Assembly: GCA_030390025.1 (NCBI GenBank)
Contig: CM059431.1
Location: 127,102,001-127,166,000, forward strand
From: Squalus acanthias
Lineage: Eukaryota
Length of the DNA: 64,000 bases
Direction of reading: 5' to 3'
A model generated the notes under the pieces. That model was not told the DNA's origin and did not search any database. It saw only the letters and a program-made list of their open reading frames with translations. Position numbers and translations under genes: made by a program. Shown here in pieces: positions 37,603 through 48,115 of the stretch. The first letter of the stretch is position 1. Each line of letters starts with the position of its first letter.

Positions 37603-39870
37603 AGAGAGTTAGCATGCAGGTATAGCAAGCAGTTAGGAAGGCAAATGGCATGTTGGCTTGTATTGCAAGGGGGTTGGAGGACAAGAGTAAGGAAATTTTG
37701 CTACAATGGTACAAGGCTTTGGTGAGACCACACCTGGAGTACTGTGCACAGTTTTGGTCTCCTTATCTGAGGAAGGATCGACTTGCCTTGGAGGCGGTGC
37801 AACGAAGGTTCACTAGGTTGATTCCTGGGATGAGAGGGCTGTCCCTTGAGGAGAGATTGTCTAGAATGGGCCTATACTCTCTGGAGTTGAGAAGAATGAG
37901 AGGTGATCTCACTGAAACATATAAGATTCTGAGGGGGATTGACAGGGTAGATAATAGAGATTGTTTTCCCTGACTGGACAGTCTAGATCTTGGGGGTATA
38001 GTCTCAGGATAAGTGGTCGGCAATTTAAGACTGAGATGAGGAGGAATTTCTTCACTCAGAGGGTTGTGAATCTTTGGAATTCTCTACCCCAAAGGGCTGT
38101 GGATGCTGAATCGTTGAGTATATTCCAGGCTGAGACAGTTAGATTTTTGGATTCTGGGGGAATCAAGGGATATGGAGATCTGGAGGGAAAGTTGGGTTGA
38201 GGTCAAAGATCAGCCATGATCTTATTGAATGGCAGAGCAGACTCGAAGGGCTGTATGGCCTATTCCTGCTCCCATTTCTTATGTTTTTATGAGTGGGAGT
38301 CGAGGGCATAACTCAATAAGAAGGGAAGTTTTGCAAAACTATTTTCACCTGACGGGTAATAGAGTAATAGAATGTTACCAGAAAAGACCATTGAAGCAGA
38401 CAGTATAAATAGAGTTGAGAAATAATTGGCTACATTTCTGTAGAGAGGAGGCATTGAGGAATCTCAAGTGTTGATGGGTAGGTACAGTTAGTCAATAAAA
38501 AAGGGACAATCTTCTGAGCTTAATGTCTCCTGTTCCTAAATGTTCTTACATTCTTGACTACATATAAAGTTGATGGACCTACCTTTCCCTTGATGAAAGC
38601 ATTAAGTGGTTTCACATTCCCCACTTTCTCGATGGCCGGAATTTTCTGTACCTGGGCGGGTCGGGTGCAGGCGGTTGACGTGGTGGGTCGCGACCCCGTT
38701 GCTGTTTCAATCCCGCTGCAGAATACGGCTTTGCGTCAATGGGGTGTTACCCGGCCCTATTAAATGGTGCGGGTCTGATGATGTCATCCATGACGTGTTT
38801 TCAGCCGGTAGATTTAAAGGAGCCACGGCCACATTGCATTTGAAGGTTCGTCTAGGAGTGTGCAGTCACTGCACTGGAGCTTCTGATTGTTCCAAACACT
38901 TGGAAACATGACTGAACAGAGGCAGAGGGCTGCACCCAGCTTCTCCGATGACTCCCTCCATATGCTTGTGGAGTGAGTCAGAGCACGAAGGGAGGTCCTC
39001 TTCCTTTCCGATGGGTGGAAGAGACCTCCCCAGGAGACAAAAAGAGCCTGGCTCCAAATTACAGAGGAGGTCAACAGCAGGGAGATGGTCAGTTCGACCT
39101 GGGTGCAGTGCCGGAAACGTTTCAATTATCTCATTAGATCAGAAAAGGTGAGTACAAAGCCACACTCAACTTCATCCTGCTCTGCCTCTCATCACATCCC
39201 CACCACTCTGCCTTCCCAACACTACTCCTGCACATCATTACTCACACCAACATACCTTGCATGTCCACCCATCCCTCTCTCTCTATCACATCCCCATCGA
39301 ACTAGCCACCCCTCACACTGATCCTCATCCGAATGCAATCATAACAACTAACAACACACAAGGAGGCCATTTGGCTTTGGCACCCCACTCCATCATAGTC
39401 TCCCTCTAAAGATCTAACCCTTCCATTCATTCCATCAGTCTCACTCAACCTTCTCTTCTTTCCCTCCTTGCAGGAAAAGAGAGCCCACAATAAGCGGGAG
39501 AGGGAGAGAACTGGAGGTGGACCTCCATCATTTGCCACCCTCACAACAGCAGAGGAGGCTGTGTTGGAAGTATCGGGATTGGCCGAGCAGCTGGAGGTGG
39601 GAGACGGAGAGAGGGAGACATCTCAGCAACCTGGTGACAGAATTACACATCAAACAGCTACAGGGCATAAATCAGTCACTCATGTGGGGATTGATCTCAT
39701 CGGACACTGAATGGTCATCAAGTGCATAATGGTATCTGTACCCATTATTCGTAGGACATATCTAACTCGTCTCTTTACTCTCCCACAGGTCCATCAAGAG
39801 CCACACCTCCGCCCCCCCCCCCCCCCCACCACCACCGCACACTCCCCTCCCCCCCCCACTGTCCAGGAGG

Positions 39871-40313
39871 AAAGAAAGATCTGCATTTATATAGCACCTT
39901 TCAAGACCACCGGACAGCTCAAAGCGCTTTACAGTTAATGAATTACCTTTGAAATGGAGTCACTGTTGCAATGTGGGAAATACGGCAGCCAACTTGTGCA
40001 CAGCAAGGTCCCACAAACAGCAATGTGATAATGACCAGATAATCTGCTTTTATTATGTTTGTTGAGAGATAAATATTTGCCAGGACACCGGGGATAACTC
40101 CCCTGCTCTTCTTTGAAATAGTGCCTTGGGATCTTTTACGTCCACCTGAGAGAGAAGACGGGGCCTCGGTTTAACGTCTCATCTGAAAGACGACACCTCC
40201 GACAGTGCAGCACTCCACTAGAGTGTCTGCCTAGCTTTATTTGCTCAAGTCCCTGAACCCGCAACCTTCTGACTCAAAGGCGAGTGTTCTACAAACTGAG
40301 CCACAGCTGACAC
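39871..40313 (-). mobile_element. Full-length HE1-like tRNA SINE
   Basis: The minus-strand head reads GTGTCAGCTGTGGCTCAGTTTGTAG...GGTTCAGGG; conserved body and tail. Confidence 0.85.
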
Positions 40314-42909
40314 TGAGAGGAAGAGGAAGACGACTCCTCAATAAAAGCTGAATATAGGGAGTTAGGAGGTAAATTGAAAAATAGGATCTCAAAGGTAGTA
40401 ATCTCAGGATTGCTACCAGTGCCACATGCCAGTCAGAGTAGAAATAGAAGGATATTTCAGATGAATATGTGGCTAGAGGAATGGTGCAAGGGGGAGGGAT
40501 TCAAATTCCTGGGACATTGGAACCGGTTCTGGAGGAGGTGGGACCAGTACAAACTGGACGGTTTGCACCTGGGCGGGACTGGAACCGATGTCCTAGGGGG
40601 AGTGTATGCTAGTGCTGTTGGGGAGGGTTTAAACTAAAATGGCAGGGGGTTGGGAACCTGTGCAGGGAGACAGAGGAAAGGGAAGCAAGGATAGAAACAA
40701 AAGACAGGAAGGAGAAAAGCAAAAGTGGAAGGCAGAGAAATCAAGGGTGTAAATCAAACAGGGCCACAGTAAATAATAATTCTAAAAGGACTAAGAGTGT
40801 TAAAAAATCAAGCCTGCAGGCTTTGTGTCTTAATGCGAAGCATTCGTAATAAGGTGGATGAATTAGCTGCGCAAATAGATGTAAACGGATATGATATAAT
40901 TGGGATTATGGAGACATGGCTCCAGGATGACCAAGTCTGGGAATTCAACATCCAGGGGTATTCAATATTCAGGAAGGACAGGAAAAAAGGAAAAGGAGGT
41001 GGGGTAGCATTGCTGGTTAAAGAGGAGATTAACACAATAGTAAGGAAGGATAATAGCGCTGATGATGTGGAATCTGTATGGGCAGAGCTGAGAAATACCA
41101 AGGGGCAGAAAACATTAGTGGGAGTTGTATACAGACCCCCAAACAGTAATGCTGAGGTTGGGGATGGCATTAAATGGAAAATTAGAGATGCGTGCAATAA
41201 GGGCACAGCAGTTATCATGGGTGACTTTAATCTACATATAGATTGGGCTAACCAAATTAGTAACAATATTGTGGAGGAGGAATTCCTAGAGTGTATACGG
41301 GATGGTTTCTTGGACCAATGTGTCGAGGAACCAACTAGAGATCAGGCCATCTTAGACTGGGTATTATGTAATGAGAAAGGATTAATTAGCAATCTTGTTG
41401 TGCGAGGCCCCTTGGGGAGGAGCGATCATAATATGATAGAATTCTTCATTAAAATGGAGAGTGAAGTAGTTGACTCAGAGACTAGGATCCTGAAATTAAA
41501 TAAAGGAAACTACGATGGTATGAGGCACAAGTTGGCTAGGATGGATTGGGGAATGTTACTTAAAGGGTTGATGGTGGATAGGCAATGGCAAACATTTCAA
41601 GATCGGATGGATGAACTACAGAATTTGTTCATCCCTGTTTGGCACAAAAATAAAACAAAAAAAGTGACTCAACCATGGCTAACAAGGGAAATTAGGGATA
41701 GCATAAGATCCAAGGAGAGGACATAGAATTTGGCCAGAAAAAGCAGCAAACCTGAGGATTGGGAGCAGTTTAGGATTCAGCAAAGGAGGACAAAGGGATT
41801 AATTAAGAGGGGGAAAATAAATTATGAGAGTAAGCTTGCAGTGAACATAAAAACTGACTGTAAAAGCTTCTATAGATATGTAAAGAGAAAAAGATTGGGG
41901 AAGTCAAGCGTAGGTCCCTTGCAGTCAGAATCAGGGGAATTTATAATGGGGAACAAAGAAATGGCAGACCAATTAAATACATACTTTTGTTCTGTCTTCA
42001 CAAAGGAGGACACAAATAACCTCCCAGAGATGTTGGGGAACATAGGCTGTAATGAGAGGGAGGAATTGAATGAAATCAGTATTTGTAGGGAAATGGTGTT
42101 AGGGAAATTGACGGGATTGAAGGCCGATAAATCCCCAGGGCCTGATAATCTACATCCTAGGGTACTTAAGGAAGTGGCCCTAGAAATAGTAGATGCATTG
42201 CTGGTCATCTTCCAAAATTCTATAGACTCTGAAAAAGTTCCCATGGATTGGAGGATAGCTAATGTAACCCCACTATTTAAAAAAGGTGGTAGAGATAAAA
42301 CGGGGAGTTATAGGCCAGTAAGTCTGACATCGGTAATGGGGGAAATGCTAGAGTCCATTATAAAAGATGTAATAGCAGAGCACTTGGAAAACAGTGACAG
42401 GATCGGACAAAGTCAACATGGATTTACAAAAGGTAAATCATGCTTGACTAATCTACTGACATTTTTTGAGGATGTAACTGGTTGAATAGATAAGGGAGAA
42501 CCAGTGGATGTGGTGTATTTGGACTTTCAGAAGGCTTTCGATAAGGTCCCGCATAAGAGATTAGCGTGCAAAGTTAAAGCACACAGGATTGGGGGTAAGG
42601 TACTGTCTTGGATAGAGAACTGGTTGGCACACAGGAAGCAAAGAGTTGGAATAAATGGGTCTTTTTCCGAGTGGCAGGCAGTGACTAGTGGGGGTACCGC
42701 TGGGATCGGTGCTAGGACCCCAGCTATTCACAATATATATTAATGATCTTGACGAGGGAACTAGATGTAATATCTCCAAGTTTGCAGATGACACAAAGCT
42801 GGGTGGGTATGTGTGCTGTGAGGAGGATGCAGAGAAACTCCAGTATTAATTGGACAGGTTGGGTGATTGGGCAGATGCATGGCAGATGCAGTATTAATAG
42901 GATAAATGC
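40314..42909 (+). mobile_element. CR1 LINE: ORF1 esterase-like C-terminus, ORF2 APE endonuclease and partial RT
   Basis: ORF1 VISGLLP...DGLHL. ORF2 ETW, YRPP, GDFN, SDH, YRPVSLTS and KFADD. Stops present. Confidence 0.93.
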
Positions 42910-44502
42910 GAGATACCCTCACCTCGGTTGGTCCCACGCAAGATAGAGTAGTGTTATAACCTGGTGTGTCACAACTCACAAGTCAGCAAGAGCAGATGGT
43001 GGAGACAGGGACAGCAGTGGGGACTCCTCGCCAGAGGGCGCAGGACACTCCCAGCTCTGCTCAGCCGCATGCAGATGTTGAGTCTTGGGGGCCATCCAGA
43101 AAGAGGGTGATCCTGGAGGTGCAGGAAGAAGTGCAGGAGGCTGTGACATGTTTTGTGACCGCAATGTCTGCAAATGTTCAGAGAATGGAAGAGTCCATCT
43201 CCAACATGAGCATCACCATGTCGTAGGTGATGGCAACTGTAGGCTCTTCCATGGAAAGGATTGCCGCCTGCATGGAGCAGCTGATGTGCTATCTTTGGAG
43301 AATAGATGGCTATAGAGAATAGATAGCAGAGGCTCATAGACCTCCTCTCTAGCAGGGATGTCAAGGTAGACATGGGTCCTCCTGGCCCAACTGATGTGCA
43401 GCATCTCCAGCTCCTTGCTAGCAGGGAAGTACGGGTGGCCCATGAAAGGGATGAAGGTGAAAGGGGAGATGGAACTGAGGGCGCCTCTCAAAGCAATTAC
43501 ACTTCTCCCCCGTTGCCACCCTCTCAGTCAGAGCCCCAGATGGCTCCTTGGATCGCGATGGCCGAGTCTGCTCCTGCACAGTTGCAGGAGGAGCAGACTT
43601 TGGCGGGGCCATCAGAGGCTCCAAAACCCAGAGTACGTCCACCAAGAGTGTCTCAGCAGCAGGGAAGTGAGCAGGCTGCCTCTACCTCTGCTAAAGCCAC
43701 AGGGATAGCACCTCGTAGAAGCACATGTAAGAGAAAGATGACACACAAGTAGATTCATAAGGATAGCCACTTGGGTGTTTTATTCAATGTTAAAGTTAAG
43801 TTTCCGTAAATGTGATCACAACCATAAAAATCTTTATTTTCTCCATTTTCCGGTCTTGGAGAAATTTGTGTGCACCTTTGGAAGTGGATTACTGAGTTGC
43901 AGTGAATGGTGAGACATAACTAACTGTACCTCCAGCAGTGGTGAATGGCTTGGTCATTGTGGGGATGGTTTATGCTGTTGGTGTGGGGTGGTGCAACATG
44001 TGGCAGCATGTGGCAGCCATATGGGTGTACAGCATAAAGTTAAGTAAATCTGGCCATGATGAGGCCATCCCTGGCCTCCCGGGCAGCAATGTGTTCGGGT
44101 CCTGATGCTCTCTGTCCTTTGCAGCATCAGGTGGTTGCGAAAAAGGTTGGTGGTGTTGTTGTTTGTGCTGCTGGTGTGCCTGGTGCTGCTGGTGTTGGGG
44201 CTCATCGTGGTCAGATTCTGAGTACCAAGGTGTGAAAGTATAAACGGCACCCATGCTGATGGAATAGATGGCAGGTGAAGTAGAGTTGACAGAAGCAATC
44301 TGTCAATGGTGAGAGAGGTTCTTCCAATAAGGTGAAACTGGATGGAGACTTTGCTGGAAACACTTGCAGCCTGCAGATAGATAAATCTGTGCTGGCAATG
44401 TAATCAGCAACAGCTTCTGCCTGAAGAAAGCGATCAGCTATGAGGTCGAAGCTTTTATAGTACATTTGATGATGTCAAGTAATCAGCTGGATCAATGGCC
44501 AC

Positions 44503-45747
44503 TCAACTCCCGCATGAGGTTGACACCCGGGAGAAGGGACAACCATCATTCATTCCCATGGCCTCCAGAACTCCCTCCCGGATAGCGGCGTACCCACCCT
44601 GCCCTCTTTTACTCTCTGCGGAGAGGGACTGGTAGATTTTGCTATCTAGGGAGAACAGGAGCATTTTTGCCATCTCGGCATCATCGCAGTCGTTGATGCC
44701 CGCTGCCTGTTCCACTTCCATGAAGTGGACCGAGGGGTCCCCCTTTTGGGTGAGCTTGCCCAGGTGGCTTATCATAGCTCTAAGCTGTTGGGTGCCATGG
44801 GGAGCCAATAATTGGCTTTCAAGGGGTCCTTGAGCCCCACCACTTCCAGGCGAGCCAAACCTTTGCTGTCGGACCGGGCACATCGGCCCCGGCTCCGACC
44901 TTTCCTGCATTGGTTCACCCACCCCTCCCTGCTGCCAAACCGAGTCAAAACCCGACGCCACAGGTGGTGGTGTGCACTCCCTGCCAGCCTCACAAATCGT
45001 CCGTCCCTCCTGCTGCCAAACCAGGTCGTTCCCCGGCGCCACAGGTGGCGTCCGAACAGTTTCCGCCTACCCCTCTAGGTCCACCCGGGCCGCACCCGGG
45101 CTTAGTAAGCATACCATGCCTTTCGCCCTGGACAGAGCAAGGTTCAAACTCTCGGTTTGTTTCTGGCAGGGGCTGTGATCTCCCGCCTCATACACCCTAG
45201 TGCTTGCTATCTTGTAAGCTGCCTGGACGTGTCTCAACCTCTCCTCCTGCTCTCTTACTTGTTTGGCAAGGCGGGCGTTCTCTTCCCGTAACACCAGTTC
45301 ACTGGTTTTAGCTTTGGTGACCTGACACTGAAAATATTCCTGCCTGTTTCTATGCTTTTCCACTAACTGCATTTTTTCCTGATTTCGGGTGGTTAGCTCA
45401 TTCAGTAATGTTTCCCCTGCTAGGACCCTTGCTTGAGACAGCTGAGCAGACTCCCGCAGCTCTGCTTTATGTGCCTCGACACGTTTGTCTAACAGCTGGA
45501 TCTGTCGTTGGGGGCAGATCAACCAGATGGCCTTTTCCACAGATTTCTTGTGGTCCTTGCTCTCAGTCCATTTAGCTGCAGCGTCTATTGGACGCTCAGC
45601 ACGCAACAGACTGAGTACCCATTTCTTGGTTACGTTCACTTTCTCGAACACATAAGAGGAAATCCTCTCTTCCATCTTGGTTCTCTCCTCAAAAACAGTT
45701 TCCACTGCATCACGTCCCTTTTGCCAAGGTCCTGCCACGGTTGCCAT
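44503..45747 (-). pseudogene. gag-like region of an LTR retroelement (probable coiled-coil N-terminus, capsid-like C-terminus), truncated
   Basis: ORFs 45067-45747 and 44503-45042 lie immediately downstream of the LTR and PBS. The gag identity is inferred from position. Confidence 0.6.
45729..45746 (-). promoter_or_regulatory. Primer-binding site, probably tRNA-Arg(TCG)
   Basis: TGGCAACCGTGGCAGGAC lies 3 nt after the LTR end. As I recall the vertebrate tRNA-Arg(TCG) 3' end (GTCCTGCCGCGGTCGCCA), it is complementary except for two CpG-type transitions. Confidence 0.7.
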
Positions 45748-45749
45748 TA

Positions 45750-47233
45750 TGTAGGGGGGGTGGTTTGTGTCAGCTTCACGTCTGACTTCTGAACACTTCG
45801 AAGTGCTCCCACTCCCTTGGTTCTAGACCTTGGACTTATTTGGGGGTTGTGATAGAAACTGCAGCAGACAACTGGTTTTGATGCAAGAACTTTGATCTTT
45901 ATTCAAGAAAGTAAAACACAACACAAACACTCTTAACACTCTAAAAGTGGGGAACACTTCGGTACAAGTGAGGGAAATAACATTAGAAGAATACTTCACC
46001 CCTCCCAATCCCACTTTACTAGCTAGGTTGGACTCCAGAGGACCAGGGATGATACTCACCAGAATCCTTGACAGTTGGGCTAGTTCGCGGTTTTCGGGTT
46101 CGCTCTATATGTTGGTTGGTGTCTGCTGTACCCCGTACGCAGTAGAGGACTTCAACTGCGTATCTGGCCAGTCTTCGCGAGTCCGCTGATGACGTAGGGT
46201 GCGTATTGGATTTATCAGGTGAGTACCCACTTTTCTTTGGTTTAGGAGTAGGGTTTAGAGTTTTTAAGGGAAAATCTTACCCAGGGGTAAGTCAGGAGTA
46301 GATTGTAGAGTGGAAACTTCGCGGATCTTCGGGTTTTCTTCGAGTTGGTTTTCTTTGGTCACGGTGGCCCAAATATTGGTACTTGGTGTTCGGTTGGTTG
46401 TTTCGTGAGGGCCTTGTTGCCGCGAGGTGTCCGATGGTCACTGAGGCGGTCGTTCTGGTTTCTTCTCGTGTCAGCCTACTTTGTTGGATAGTCTGGCCTT
46501 CGAGCTGTCGACCTCCTGGCTGGACACGGAAAGCTGAACGATGATGTTTTTAGAACTGTGTTGCGGAGAATGCCTCCGTCGATGTCTTCTTGTTCTTCCT
46601 TCCTCTTCTTCTTTTTCAGGTTGAGAACGGGCCTTCAATTATACCCATTGAAGCTCCCTTATCTGCGCGCCAAATCAGGTCTCGGTATTTGTTAGTTTTG
46701 GCGGGCTCGTCAACGGTAACTGGTTTGTTAAGGTGTGAAGTGGTTCTGGGATGGCCCCATCCTGTCGATTTGCCACTTAATCGGAGTTTGATTGTTCTTA
46801 TGTTTTGGGTTTTCTTGGCTGGGCCTAGGATTTCTATAGAGTAGGCTGAAGTAATCTGTTTTATGCATGTCTTAATGGGCTCTGTAACTTGGGGTGGAGA
46901 CTGTTCTCCTCAGGTTTATTGTTAGGATGCTAATGTCTGATAGGGGCCGATTTAAACTTCCAGCAAGATCATGCGGTTCCCCAGACAGTTCCCATTAGCT
47001 CCAATACCCAAACTGGTTTTACAGAGGTTGAGCCCACCTTCCTTCACAGCCTTTTCTCCCTTACAAGCCCAGACATGTCTTTTAAAAAAAAAAACTTGGT
47101 TTTTGCTCTAAAATGTCCTTCGGTTAAGCCCAATGCACTTCACCACCCTGTAATAGTTAGAAAAGAGTCCAAAGTCTTTTTCCTTAGGGTTTTTTAGAGT
47201 TATGGGGGATTTGTGAATTTTGAGAATCTTACA
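45750..47233 (-). mobile_element. 5' LTR (about 1.48 kb)
   Basis: Minus strand TGTAAGATTC...AATAAA...CCCCCTACA; both ends similar to the solo LTR 162-1994; followed by a PBS. Confidence 0.85.
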
Positions 47234-47494
47234 GACCCGCCTCCGATCGCACCCGCACTGACCCCAGAAAATTCCGGCCAATATTACTCATGTCACGTTC
47301 AATACATGTGGGAATGATAATAGTAAACCAGTATCAGATTGATCTGTCCTGGTATCAAGATAGTATAGAAGGGTTGAGAATATTTAGTAATTCGCATCAA
47401 ATGTTATTTCCTTGTGCTTGTCAAATGATTCTAATAAACTTAACACCACAGCAGGGATTTTATTTTTTATTGATTTGAATGGGGGACACTGCTG

Positions 47495-48115
47495 TATTAC
47501 ATAGTATTACGTAGTATTTACAACACAGAAACAGGCCTTTTTGGCACTGGTCCATGCCAAAGTTTATGCTCCACACGAGCCTCTTCCCACCCATCTCCAT
47601 CTAACACTATCAACATATCCTTCTATTCCTTTCTCCCTCATGTAATTATCTAGCTTCCCCTTAAATGCATCTATGCTATTCGCTTCACCTACTCCTTGTG
47701 CTAGCCAGTTCCACATTCTCACCACTTTTTGGGTAAAGAGGTTTGTCCTGAATTTATTAGTGATTATTTTATATTTATGGCCCTTAGTTCTGGTCTCCTC
47801 TGCAAGTGGAAACATCTTCTCTACATCTACCCTATCAAACCTTTTCATAATCTTGAAGACATCTATCAAGTTACCCCTCAGTCTTTTCTTTTCTAGAGTA
47901 AAGAGCCCCAGCCTGTTCAATCTTCCTGATAGGTATAACCTCTCAGTTCTGGTGTCATTCTCATAAATCTTTTTTGCACTTTCTCCAGGGCCTCTGTATC
48001 TTTTTTATAAAATGGAGACCAGAACTGTTCACAGAACTCCAAGTGTGCTCTAACCAAGGTTCTATACAAGTTTAACATAACTTCTCTGCTTTTCAATTCT
48101 ATCCCTCTAGAAATG
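47495..48115 (-). mobile_element. CR1 3' fragment
   Basis: Peptide LGLFTLEKKRLRGNLIDVFKIMK...FTQKVVRMWN. Confidence 0.9.

Larger units (their letters stand above)
30870..38290 (+). mobile_element. Host CR1 LINE in three pieces (30870-31768, 34678-35329, 37603-38290), split by nested insertions
   Basis: Consecutive CR1 ORF2 segments resume colinearly after each insert; 3' tail TTTCTTATGTTTTTATG. Confidence 0.85.
38908..43752 (+). pseudogene. Harbinger Myb/SANT-like gene, multi-exon, disrupted
   Basis: MTEQRQRAAPSFSDDSLHMLVE...WVQCRKRFNYLIRSEK|GTGAGT; exon 2 TTGCAG|EKRAHNKRERERTGGG; last exon ends PRRSTCKRKMTHK*. Confidence 0.8.
38634..47279. mobile_element. Myb-bearing non-autonomous Harbinger with nested SINE, CR1 and LTR element
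   Basis: Perfect 15-bp TIR GGCCGGAATTTTCTG / CAGAAAATTCCGGCC; TSD GAT/AAT (one mismatch). Confidence 0.88.

Noticed and set aside
33390..38290. Twin-priming inversion of a single CR1
   Set aside because: The minus and plus segments cover overlapping consensus coordinates, and the plus segment continues the CR1 from 30870-31768.
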